A DNA stretch of 64,000 bases. Source: Savitreella phatthalungensis. Its lineage: Eukaryota. Position numbers and translations under genes: made by a program. The notes under the pieces were generated by a model. That model worked only from the letters and a program-made list of their open reading frames with translations, was not told the DNA's origin and ran no database searches. Position 1 is the first letter of the stretch; the number at the start of each line of letters is the position of its first letter. The stretch spans positions 434,001 to 498,000 of the forward strand of contig AP039698.1 in assembly GCA_051599415.1 (NCBI GenBank), written 5' to 3'. Positions 52,205 through 61,948 of the stretch are shown piece by piece.

Positions 52205-53841
52205 ACGACCTTCGCATAGCAGGCTGTGATGCGATCACCTGCGATGATAGCTTGCTCAACGTGCCGCTTTACACGCTTGCCATTTGCAGATTTGATGGTG
52301 ATATCTTTAGCCGGTGTAAGCTGGAACCTTTTGTGGTCTCCAGATTCTGGCTGCCAGCCCGAGCGCACAGCATTTGTCTCAGCACGACTCTCCATCGGCG
52401 GGATGTATTCTGGCATAGCTCTGTTGTTGCGCTTGCCAGTGCCCATCTGAAAATCGGCATTTCCTCCCCAGAGAAAAACGTCACGCCCATAGTTCACATC
52501 GTGGAAGGCTTCGAGGGATCCGGCAGCCGCAACGCCGACCGTGCCGTCGATCTTCGCAACATTGTCGAGGACACATACAATGTGGGTATTGCCGACGCTG
52601 AGCGAGTGGACACCAATGGCGATGGGCTTGTTGTTCAACTCATCCCATTCACGCAATCCCGAAATGCTCTTGACCTTCACTGGACGGGATTGGTGGTGAT
52701 TCCAGGCGTTGTTGCCCAGCTGGCCTTGCAGACCCGTGCCAGCTGCCCAAATATCTATTCGCACACTCTCGGGATGTCCGTACTCCCATGCCTCGGTCAC
52801 CATGAATGTGTTCTTTCCACCAGCCGCGATCTTCAGACATCTAACATTATAATTGCGCGGATAGAGCTGCTGAACAGCGACTGATGTCGGTGTCGACACG
52901 TCCTGGCTGTCGGCATTAAAGTCAAAGCCAAGCTGACCATGTCCGTTTGAGCCGTAAGTGAAGACCTCGCCATCACTGTCCAGCACCACGGAATGATGCT
53001 CGCCCGCTGCTATCGCGACCGCGGGAGCATTTCGGAAGCCAGTGACAAGTTGCGAGCTGATTGAAGAGGCGGCAGAGTCGTGCTCGTAACTCGGCAGGCC
53101 CATTTGTCCACGCACATTGCCCGAATGAGAGGACGCAGCAGTATAGATTTTGCCGCTCCTTGTTAACATGACAAGATGATCGACACCCGTGGCTATGTCG
53201 GTTATTTGATCGCCGGTCGGTACCTCAACAGTCTTGTAAGAAATTGAGGCGTCGGTAGAGGAGAGGCCGAAGAAAGCAGATTCGGCGACCTTGGGACCTT
53301 TCAGCTGCTCATCTCTAGAGAATGGAAGAGCGTATACCTGGCCACCTTGGGCAAGAGCAAATATCGACTGGCTTGAGACCTGGACCCTGATGATGTTTTT
53401 GCCACGCAAGGTCACCTCCGTCTTACCCGCGCGCTCGCCGGAGTACTTGTCGCCCCACTGTACGACGTCGCCGTTGTCAAGCACAGCGACACCCATATTT
53501 TCGCCGACCTGCAGATCACGCAGGGCCATACCATCGAAGTCTGCAAGTCTTGTTGGAGCCTTTGTGTACGTCTCGTTAGATGATGGATTCGCAACTCCCT
53601 GCTTATTCGAGCCAAAGAGATAGACGCCTGGCTGCTCCCAGAACATCGATACTTGTGCATGTTGACTGTACTCTAGACCGGCAAGCGCCTGCGCTGCAGC
53701 CCCTGGGGCGGGAGCTGCAATATCGTCAAGATGTGCAGTTCGGTAGTTAGTGGCCAAATATGCTACAGAAACACTTGCTAGTGTACCGCCAAGCAGTGCA
53801 CTGCGTCGCTTCGCAGTCTGGAAGAGTATTCTCGAAGCCAT
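52201..53841 (-). CDS. FMP25: Mitochondrial RCC1-repeat protein (Fmp25/Bca1-like)
   Basis: Presequence plus TM segment, WEQPGVYLFGSN, DGMALRDL, RCC1 repeats (IAAGEHHSV...YGSNGHGQLG), VKVKSISGLREWDE, WGGNADFQMGTGKRNN. Confidence 0.85.
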   Translation of the reverse strand: MASRILFQTAKRRSALLGGTLASVSVAYLATNYRTAHLDDIAAPAPGAAAQALAGLEYSQHAQVSMFWEQPGVYLFGSNKQGVANPSSNETYTKAPTRLADFDGMALRDLQVGENMGVAVLDNGDVVQWGDKYSGERAGKTEVTLRGKNIIRVQVSSQSIFALAQGGQVYALPFSRDEQLKGPKVAESAFFGLSSTDASISYKTVEVPTGDQITDIATGVDHLVMLTRSGKIYTAASSHSGNVRGQMGLPSYEHDSAASSISSQLVTGFRNAPAVAIAAGEHHSVVLDSDGEVFTYGSNGHGQLGFDFNADSQDVSTPTSVAVQQLYPRNYNVRCLKIAAGGKNTFMVTEAWEYGHPESVRIDIWAAGTGLQGQLGNNAWNHHQSRPVKVKSISGLREWDELNNKPIAIGVHSLSVGNTHIVCVLDNVAKIDGTVGVAAAGSLEAFHDVNYGRDVFLWGGNADFQMGTGKRNNRAMPEYIPPMESRAETNAVRSGWQPESGDHKRFQLTPAKDITIKSANGKRVKRHVEQAIIAGDRITACYAKVV

Positions 53842-54280
53842 TATGAGGTCTACCAGTGTAGGAGTGTCTAATGTCTTGTGACATAATCGGACATCATGCT
53901 CGATCAACCATTGATGACGCGCACGTGCAAGAAAGCTCAAAATCGATACTGCACGTACGTATATATAATTAAACCCATTTCTGATCGATGATTCGATCAC
54001 AATTAATAGGACGATACGGATTGATGATCGATCAATCGATTGTTTAAATTGCATGGTCATGTGGTAGCTGCAGGTACAACCATGCAGAATAGCTGTGAAT
54101 CGCAAACCTGGACTGGAATGCAGTTCATTGAGCAGCCACATATGTATCTATTCAATTGTACATATGATCAAAAGACCCGAATATATACAGTAGATGGAAC
54201 AGTGGTAGGACAAGGACACACACTCGGTGCCTGAAGACGGACCATAGTATCAATGACACGGGTGTAAGGTCAAGATCAAC

Positions 54281-56179
54281 ATGCCTCGCGAAAGGAAACA
54301 GCGCGGTCGGCGGAAACGCAAAGACGATGACGTCGCACAGCCTGAGCCGGAAATTGATCCAGGGCCGGTCTCATCAGAGATCCAATCGGAGCATGGTAAC
54401 GAGGATGAATTCTTCGGCTTCCTCGATGAGAATGAGCAGGCATATTTTCGCGAAGTTGACGAGAAGCTCGCTGCTGATGAATTCACCTCATCAGAAGAGA
54501 GTGGTCTGTTTGTCACGAATGTTTTGAAGGAAGCAGAAAACAAGGAACTCAAGCTTGCCACGTCTCCGCTGGGCTCTAAAGTCCTTGAACAGCTGATGGC
54601 TCGAAGCCGCCCGGAGCAGATCAAAGCCTTGTGCGCGGCATTCGCCGGCAAGTTTCTGATACTCGTGCGTCATCGATATGCCTCTCATGTTTGCGAAATG
54701 CTCCTGGCGATCATGGCCAGTCTTGTGGATCGCGAGATGACGGGTGAGCTATCGGAGGCGCCCTCGTACAAGACAACTTTCTTGAGCATTCTCGCAGAGA
54801 TGGAGCCACATCTGCTAGACTTGGCAGGCGAGCACTATGGCTCGCACGTAGCACGCGATATGTTGCTGGCGCTCGATGGCTCCTTATTCACATTCAACAG
54901 TGCACAGAAGCGATCGAAACGCTACCACGGTCAGAAGAAGTATCTCTGGGCAAGACCGAATCGAAACGTCAGCACGCCTGCGACTTTCAAAAAGGCCGCC
55001 ATGCGCATAGCCCGGATGATCCGAGAGACAGACAATGTGCAGCTCAGGGTTCTAGCGAGCGCACCGCATAGCATGGGTTTCGTTCAGGCTGCTATTTCGC
55101 TGGATCCGAGCGTTGCGTTGCCACTGTTTGAAGCTGGTTCGAGCGAAAGCGGGCGCGCAGATTTCGTGGAGGCGATGATGCGGGAGTCCGCAGGTTCACA
55201 GATCATCGAGACGGCCGTTTGTAGCATGGACGATCAAATGCTCGAGAACTTCGCTGCGACCTATCTCAAAGGCCGAATCGCCCGCTTCGCTCACAATGAT
55301 GTCTCGAATCACATCCTTCAGACTTGGCTTGGCAGAACGACTGACCTTGCAGCTGTTGAAGCAGCCTGGGCAGAATTGGCTCCCGTGGTTGCGGATGTTC
55401 TGGATGTCAATCATCTCACTGTGTTGCAGGCGATGATTGAATCACTACTGCGTCATGGTGCCGAACCATTGGCGCAGAATGTCTGGCTCACTGTATGTGC
55501 CGTGAGACCTCCGAAACAGCTCTTGAAGGGCGAGGAGGGTCAATTCAGTATTCAAGGCGCATTCTTGCTTTCCGCGTGTCTAGGCATATCTCAACGCGTA
55601 CACGATGAGATCGTCGAGATGCTTGTCGAATACAGTCCCGCGACTGACTTGGCGAAAAGTTCCTGCTCGCTTAAATTGATGTCAGCCGTCTTTCAGCACA
55701 GTTCAACGGATATTCCGCAATGCCGACGCTTGCTCAACAAGTTCGGAACCAGCTGGTCGGACCTGGCCCGAGACAAGGATGGCTCTTTCTTTCTTGACGC
55801 GGTCCGGGCACTATGCATTGAGCGACCACAGCTGAAGCTGATCGCGCAACGCATTGCTCAGGATCTCACATGTAACGGTGGCGAGGAACTTCGCGCTGAT
55901 TTCTACGGTCGTATAGTGTGGCGGAATTGGCGGCTCGATGTATATCGACATCGTCGAGGTGAATGGGAGCGGGATTTCCGCAGTCATCATCCTCCAAAGA
56001 CATTGAAGCCAGCGCAGCCCGCGTCCGCAGTCGCTCCTCTGACAATGCATCCTGATCGTCTTGCACGGCAGCAAGAAACTCAGCCGCGGCAACAAAAACG
56101 GAAGAGAGCCCCCGAGAGTGCCGGGGCCGCTCGACAGGTCGCCGCAGAAGTCGATGCTCTATTCGCCCGAAAGCGCTAG
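54281..56179 (+). CDS. NOP9: Nucleolar PUF-like protein Nop9
   Basis: MPRERKQRGRR, FFGFLDENEQAYF, EAENKELKLATS..SKVLE, RHRYASHVCE, YGRIVWRNWRLDVY. Confidence 0.9.
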   Translation: MPRERKQRGRRKRKDDDVAQPEPEIDPGPVSSEIQSEHGNEDEFFGFLDENEQAYFREVDEKLAADEFTSSEESGLFVTNVLKEAENKELKLATSPLGSKVLEQLMARSRPEQIKALCAAFAGKFLILVRHRYASHVCEMLLAIMASLVDREMTGELSEAPSYKTTFLSILAEMEPHLLDLAGEHYGSHVARDMLLALDGSLFTFNSAQKRSKRYHGQKKYLWARPNRNVSTPATFKKAAMRIARMIRETDNVQLRVLASAPHSMGFVQAAISLDPSVALPLFEAGSSESGRADFVEAMMRESAGSQIIETAVCSMDDQMLENFAATYLKGRIARFAHNDVSNHILQTWLGRTTDLAAVEAAWAELAPVVADVLDVNHLTVLQAMIESLLRHGAEPLAQNVWLTVCAVRPPKQLLKGEEGQFSIQGAFLLSACLGISQRVHDEIVEMLVEYSPATDLAKSSCSLKLMSAVFQHSSTDIPQCRRLLNKFGTSWSDLARDKDGSFFLDAVRALCIERPQLKLIAQRIAQDLTCNGGEELRADFYGRIVWRNWRLDVYRHRRGEWERDFRSHHPPKTLKPAQPASAVAPLTMHPDRLARQQETQPRQQKRKRAPESAGAARQVAAEVDALFARKR

Positions 56180-56231
56180 TGTATATATCAACTACGGGAT
56201 CGGTAGCCATTTGTATGATGTCTTAATTATG

Positions 56232-58076
56232 CTAGGGCTCCACCGAAAGTGTGCGGAGTTCCCGAACGACCTCGTCGTAAGTCGCGATCTTTGAGAGCTG
56301 AGTTTGCTCGAGCTTCTCGCCGCTGGCTTGTCGCATGCGAAGGTCCTCGATAGCTCTTAGCTTCTTTGTCAAATTGCGGAGCTTGCGGTCAACGGGAGTC
56401 GATTCCCCACCGAGTGGTGTGACCTCAGAAGCTGCAGTCGTCGCCGCCGCCGCCGGGTTGCGTGCCGCCGGAGAAGCTGTAGAAGATAGACCCTCGGCAT
56501 GATGCCTGCCGGCTACAAGCTCGCCTTCTTGAGCCTTCTTAGCCTCGCGCTTCTTCTTATTCTTCAACGCATTCTTAGACAGAGGTTCGGACGCCGCAGG
56601 TTGCGCAGCTGTCAATCCGGGTGGTTCAAGCCCTGGTGGCATAGCTCGAGCAGCCGTGTCGCCTGCCCCATCGGCAGGGGTCCCGTCTTCAGCGTCGCGA
56701 AAGTAGTGCCTCGTGGATGTGGTCTCTGGCCGTCCGCGAGCGTGTGGAGGCCGATATGCCCCGGCCGAAATGCGAGCCGGCTTATTCTGTACGCCAGCCA
56801 CGGAGGCATGAGGTTCAGGTCCTGGCGATGATGTTCTGGCGGGGAATTCGTCACAAGCTTGGGGCCGCATGGTCGCATAGAACAACTCATGGTGGTCCTC
56901 ACAGTAGACAAGAGTGCCGCGATAATGGTAAATCTTGATGCCGTTGTCAACGCGCAATCTGGGTGAGGTTGTGGCTGTCAAGATGTGCCGAGAGTCTGGC
57001 GCCCACTCGCAATGTGAGGCATTCGACGCATTGATGGTGGCAACTCTGATCATCCCTTTGCGCTCGTAGATGTCCATTTCACCTTGAAGATTGCCGAAAC
57101 CAGCAATGATCACGAGGCGCGAATTGGGAGAAAATAGGATTGTGTTGCGAGGAGCCGACGGAAGCGTGTGGACCACGCTTGCCCGGGCATCAAACATGGT
57201 AGTCTTTGCCGGCATGAAGCCGTAGATGACTGCAAACTCCTTAGAATCTGGAGACCAGTTAACGTCGTGTATCGGCCCCTCCTTATCGAGAGTTACTCGA
57301 CAGTCGAACGAGCCAGCGACACCGAGTAAATAGAGATTGTTCTCTCCATAATACGATTTGTTGGTCTTGTCAACATCTGTAGATGTCATGCAAAGCAGAG
57401 ACGTACCGAGTGCATTCCACTTTAGCTGCACCTTATCTGCCTTGAAAAAGGTTTTCTGCGAGACTGCCTGACCAAAGGTTGGAATGTTGAAGACACGAAC
57501 AGCGGCCGGAGCACCTTTACGTTCGGGAATGAACACCGCGACGGCTCGCGATCTGCCTGGGGATAGAGCGAAATCTGCGACACCTTCCTGACGAAGACGA
57601 TGCACTGGTCCTGCAGCCATGCCCTGAGGTTCGAAGAATTGGATTTCATTCGTGACGACTCTGGCACAAAGGGTCTCATCTGCTGTGTATTGCAAATTCC
57701 AGCCCGTCTGTGATTTCTGGGTGAAGCTGCACGTCTGTTCCCCTGTGGATACCGTCCATACTTTGAGATTCTTGCTGCCCTCTCCATTGTCGAGCTTGAC
57801 GAAGCGTTCCCATGTCACGATGTATGTACCATTAGGTGAAAAGCCGATCTCCAGGCAATTGTTCACTTCCAGGGTGCGGACATGCGAACCTGTGCCAGTC
57901 TCGATGATTTCGACAGCGGTTGGAGTAGCCCACGCAAAGAGCTTACCGCTTGGACCATAGGCACAACACCGCAAGTTCCCTGTGGGCTGAGAGAATCCCT
58001 TCGCGGGGGCATAGGTAGGGTAGGCATCCGTCAGCCCTATAGTCTTGCTAGACCGGTAAGCAAACTGCGTTGTCAT
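56232..58076 (-). CDS. EIF2A: Translation initiation factor eIF-2A
   Basis: KTFFKADKVQLKWN, DVDKTNKSYYGE, LDKEGPIHDV.W, GFGNLQG, TATTSPRLRVDNG, KKLRAIEDL. Confidence 0.95.
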   Translation of the reverse strand: MTTQFAYRSSKTIGLTDAYPTYAPAKGFSQPTGNLRCCAYGPSGKLFAWATPTAVEIIETGTGSHVRTLEVNNCLEIGFSPNGTYIVTWERFVKLDNGEGSKNLKVWTVSTGEQTCSFTQKSQTGWNLQYTADETLCARVVTNEIQFFEPQGMAAGPVHRLRQEGVADFALSPGRSRAVAVFIPERKGAPAAVRVFNIPTFGQAVSQKTFFKADKVQLKWNALGTSLLCMTSTDVDKTNKSYYGENNLYLLGVAGSFDCRVTLDKEGPIHDVNWSPDSKEFAVIYGFMPAKTTMFDARASVVHTLPSAPRNTILFSPNSRLVIIAGFGNLQGEMDIYERKGMIRVATINASNASHCEWAPDSRHILTATTSPRLRVDNGIKIYHYRGTLVYCEDHHELFYATMRPQACDEFPARTSSPGPEPHASVAGVQNKPARISAGAYRPPHARGRPETTSTRHYFRDAEDGTPADGAGDTAARAMPPGLEPPGLTAAQPAASEPLSKNALKNKKKREAKKAQEGELVAGRHHAEGLSSTASPAARNPAAAATTAASEVTPLGGESTPVDRKLRNLTKKLRAIEDLRMRQASGEKLEQTQLSKIATYDEVVRELRTLSVEP

Positions 58077-58736
58077 CGTGGACTAATTGCTGTGCCAGAA
58101 TTTGATGATCCTCTCGCACGACGAGCCTCGGTGTTTCGCTTTCGGATGCTCTAATGATACCCTCGAACGGACCGTGAGGTGACAGTCGCAAATATGACCG
58201 AGCACCGGAGAGCTTGCAAGCGAGTGACTGTAGGCCAAAGTCTATCGACTTGTCGTGCAATCCAGGGATCTAAGCATGCAGGGACACATGAACATCTGCA
58301 TACGGCGGTCGTATGGCAAAATTATGTTGGCACACGTGCCCGAAAGAGATCGAAACTTACACGTGCGTATATGTATGCATACACCTACATCTAAGCGTCG
58401 ATTTTGTCATGCATCGAAACATCACTAGACCAAATGTTGAGGAAACAGATCCAGTGGAAGGACGCACTGCTTCACCTGCTCTGAGCACTGAGTAATCTGG
58501 ACAAGAGAAAGTGTTCGGTCTGAGAGCTGGAGTCTTCATGTAGTCATGACAGTCACAGAACCTTATCGTCTGAAGTCAAATTCATAGTTTCTGAATCGAA
58601 TCGTTTACCACCTTGTAGACCTGGAACCCATCTTCAGAAAGTGATTCATCAAGCCTTCGATAGTCAACATGCATGTAGACAGGTTTTGAAATTCGCTCGC
58701 AGCTGTCAGGCCTCGTCCGCGCGCGAAGACTTCGCC

Positions 58737-59006
58737 ATGGCTGCAAGGCGACGTCGACTGAGCCGGGCAGACACACCACGGCCTACTCCAGACCGCCGAA
58801 TGGAGGAAGCAAATGCCGTGGGCATCCAATACAGAGCTCTGACGATCCCTGACGATTCCTGGCGGTACGAACGAATCTTAAGACTACGACACGAGAAGAT
58901 AGGACTCTGGCTGGGAGGGGTGGAGAGAAGCATCTCCAATCTCTGGCGCAGTCAGCAGGAAGTACACATCATCAGAAAGCGTGTCCGTGGTTTCTTCTGG
59001 CGATGA
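58737..59006 (+). CDS. Small basic hypothetical protein (89 aa)
   Basis: ATG in a strong GCCATGG context in an otherwise empty interval; no recognisable domain. Confidence 0.3.
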   Translation: MAARRRRLSRADTPRPTPDRRMEEANAVGIQYRALTIPDDSWRYERILRLRHEKIGLWLGGVERSISNLWRSQQEVHIIRKRVRGFFWR

Positions 59007-59328
59007 CCTGGTCCAACATGTTCAGATGAAACGTTCTTTTTTCCGGGGAAATTTTAGGTTGACTATAATGCAAACTGTGCTCCCGTCGTGAAATATGGAA
59101 AGTGTTTCTGCACTTCTTATTGGTAGGCAAATAATTGCAATGCCGCTCATTGTGCCGCCAAATGATCTTCATGCATCGTTTGGAGGAAATATAGCAGCTC
59201 TTTTCTGGACTCGGCGATTGCCGTTGCATGTGACTGTACCAGTAGATCGCGTCTCTTTGTCAGTGTCCGATCCACCTCATGTACAAGGCAGCTGCTCAAT
59301 CGGTCCATACGCTCGACACAATCTGGCG

Positions 59329-60579
59329 ATGACGCTGTTGAGGGCCCTAGTCCGTCACTGCACATATCAATCAAGAGGTCTTGCAACAGCTCGTTCATAC
59401 CTGCCGTGCAATGATAAAGATTTGAGCGAGTCTCAGCGCGATGTGCGCGAAGCGGTGTCGCGTATCTGCCGCACGTTCGATGACGACTACTGGCTCCGAT
59501 GCGACAGAGATCATCGTTTTCCGCATGAGCTGCATGCACGTCTGGCCGAGGACGGTTGGCTGGGCATTTGCAGCCCGGAAGAGTACGGAGGCAGCGCGAT
59601 GGGTTTGAGCGAAGCTGCCGTCATGATGCAAACCATAAGCGAATCCGGTGCTGGTATGACTGGAGCATCCTCAGTCCACATGAATATCTTTGGCCTCGAG
59701 CCGGTCGTCAAATTTGGCACGGATGAGCAGAAGCGTAGATGGTTGACTCCGCTGATTGCTGGCAAAGAACGGGCGTGCTTTGCTGTCACGGAGCCGACCG
59801 CAGGCCTTGATACCCTGCGGCTGACAACGCGAGCAGAAAAAGACACCAATGGCGACTTCATTGTAAATGGCAGCAAAGTCTGGATAAGTACAGCGCAAGT
59901 AGCTGACAAGATGCTATTGCTCGCGCGCACAACACCTCTCGATCAGGTGACAAAGGCATCACAGGGACTTTCACTTTTCTACACAGATCTCGACCGCGAC
60001 AGGATCCAGGTGCAAGAAATACCTAAGATGGGCCGGCACGCAGTCGACACGAATTCCGTATTCTTCGAAGACGTTCGGATACCACGTGGAGATCTCATAG
60101 GCAGCGAGGGGGATGGATTCAAGATGATCATGCTCGGCATGAATGCTGAGCGCATCTTGATCGCCTGTGAGGCCGTCGGTCTGGGCTTCGCTGCATTGAG
60201 GAAGGCAAGCAACTACGCCGCAGAGCGAGTGGTGTTTGGGCGCACGATCGGCAAGAATCAATCCATATCGCACCCTTTGGCTGACATCTGGGTACGACTC
60301 GAGGCGGCGCGTTTGCTGTGCATGTCGGCCGCAAAGCTGTACGATCAAGGCCTGGTCACTGGAGAGTACAGCAATGCATGTAAGTACCTGGCCGGGGAGA
60401 CATGCTTCTCAGCATGCGAGCGAGCCATCATGACCCACGGCGGCATGGGCTACGCACAACACTATCATGTCGAGCGCTACTTACGCGAGAGCTGGATACC
60501 GCGGATCGCCCCTGTGTCGCCTCAGATGTGTCTCAATTACATCTCAGAACGGGTTCTTGGGCTCGAACGTAGTTACTGA
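59329..60579 (+). CDS. Mitochondrial acyl-CoA dehydrogenase
   Basis: GWLGICSPEEYGG, FGTDEQKRRWL, CFAVTEPTAG, NGSKVWIS, MNAERI, R.VFGR.I, THGGMGY..YHVERYLRE. Confidence 0.95.
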   Translation: MTLLRALVRHCTYQSRGLATARSYLPCNDKDLSESQRDVREAVSRICRTFDDDYWLRCDRDHRFPHELHARLAEDGWLGICSPEEYGGSAMGLSEAAVMMQTISESGAGMTGASSVHMNIFGLEPVVKFGTDEQKRRWLTPLIAGKERACFAVTEPTAGLDTLRLTTRAEKDTNGDFIVNGSKVWISTAQVADKMLLLARTTPLDQVTKASQGLSLFYTDLDRDRIQVQEIPKMGRHAVDTNSVFFEDVRIPRGDLIGSEGDGFKMIMLGMNAERILIACEAVGLGFAALRKASNYAAERVVFGRTIGKNQSISHPLADIWVRLEAARLLCMSAAKLYDQGLVTGEYSNACKYLAGETCFSACERAIMTHGGMGYAQHYHVERYLRESWIPRIAPVSPQMCLNYISERVLGLERSY

Positions 60580-60748
60580 GACCACTTATTATGCATGATT
60601 GATTGATACATACGCAAGCTTAGATCCGCCGTGATTTCATCAGTTTGCATATTTTGTTCATCTCTAGGAAGTGCACGATAGCATCTCTCCGACCATATAA
60701 CCAGTGATTTGGCTGCGGGTGCCCGGGGATCCCTCGACAGGCTGCCGC

Positions 60749-61894
60749 ATGCTTTTCGCGGCCTTCTTCAGCCTTGGTGTTCTGAACAACGTTATCTATG
60801 TCGAGATACTTTCAGCCGCGCTTGACCTAGTCGGGCCCACGACGCCGAAGGCAGTCGTGCTACTCTTCAACATCTGTCCTGCGGTCTTGGTTAAAGCAGT
60901 CGCGCCACTAGTCTTTCAGCTCATCTCGCATAACAAGCGCGTGGCAGGCGTCGTGGTGACCAATTTTGTTGGCATGCTGCTGGTCGGTTCAACCGACGCG
61001 CTTGGCGTCAGACTTGCGGGGATTGCCATGGCATCTGCAGCCTCCGGTGCGGGTGAGATCACTTTCCTTCAAATCGCATCCAACTATCCTGCAGAGGCTC
61101 TGTCAGCCTGGTCGTCAGGAACAGGCGGTGCCGGTATTCTCGGTGGGCTCTTGTATACTGTCTGCACGACGTGGTTACGATTCGAACCACGACATACTCT
61201 TTTGGCGTGCGCTTTGCTGCCTTGTTTGATGGCAGTCAGCTACAGGTACCTGCTTTTGAGGCGGTGCGATGATCGGAACGAGCTGACTTACACAGCTCTT
61301 GAAGAGCGCCCGAGGACGCGAACCATTGGCGACTTCCGCGAGACTTTTCGCGAGGTTATTCTTCCGCTGATCATCCCATACATGACACCGCTTTTCCTCG
61401 TCTATTTTGCGGAATACACCATCAACCAGGGCGTCGCGCCAACGCTTGTGTTTCCCATCGAACAAACGCCGTTCGAGCGCTACCGTGACATTTACCCGAC
61501 CTACGCGACCATATACCAGGTCGGCGTCTTCATTTCGCGCTCCTCCTCGAGCCTCATTCGTGTGCCGGAGCTTTATATGCCCGCGCTCGCGCAATGTCTT
61601 TTGCTGATCATCTGCATCGCCCAGAGCCTGCTGGTCATCGTTGACTCGATCTATCCTGTGTTCCTTCTGATCCTAATTGAAGGTCTGCTTGGCGGCTTAG
61701 TCTATGTCAACGCTATGCACAATTGTGTCGAGGACAATCGCATCAAGAGAGCAGACGTTGAGCTTGCAATAGGCTCAATCGGCGTTGCAGACTCAGCAGG
61801 AATTATGACTGCCGGGCTTCTCAGTCTCTGGCTAGAGCCCACACTATGCAAGTACGCCGTCGATCGCGGGCGACCGTATTGCGGCATGTCCTAG
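60749..61894 (+). CDS. BTN1: Battenin / CLN3 vacuolar membrane protein
   Basis: GVLNNVIYVEILSAALDLVG, WSSGTGGAG, LFLVYFAEYTINQGV, YQVGVFISRSS, EGLLGGLVYVN; the 5' end may extend upstream. Confidence 0.93.
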   Translation: MLFAAFFSLGVLNNVIYVEILSAALDLVGPTTPKAVVLLFNICPAVLVKAVAPLVFQLISHNKRVAGVVVTNFVGMLLVGSTDALGVRLAGIAMASAASGAGEITFLQIASNYPAEALSAWSSGTGGAGILGGLLYTVCTTWLRFEPRHTLLACALLPCLMAVSYRYLLLRRCDDRNELTYTALEERPRTRTIGDFRETFREVILPLIIPYMTPLFLVYFAEYTINQGVAPTLVFPIEQTPFERYRDIYPTYATIYQVGVFISRSSSSLIRVPELYMPALAQCLLLIICIAQSLLVIVDSIYPVFLLILIEGLLGGLVYVNAMHNCVEDNRIKRADVELAIGSIGVADSAGIMTAGLLSLWLEPTLCKYAVDRGRPYCGMS

Positions 61895-61948
61895 GAACGG
61901 CTTGATGATTCAATATTACGTTGTACTATATACATGCACGAGAAGCTT

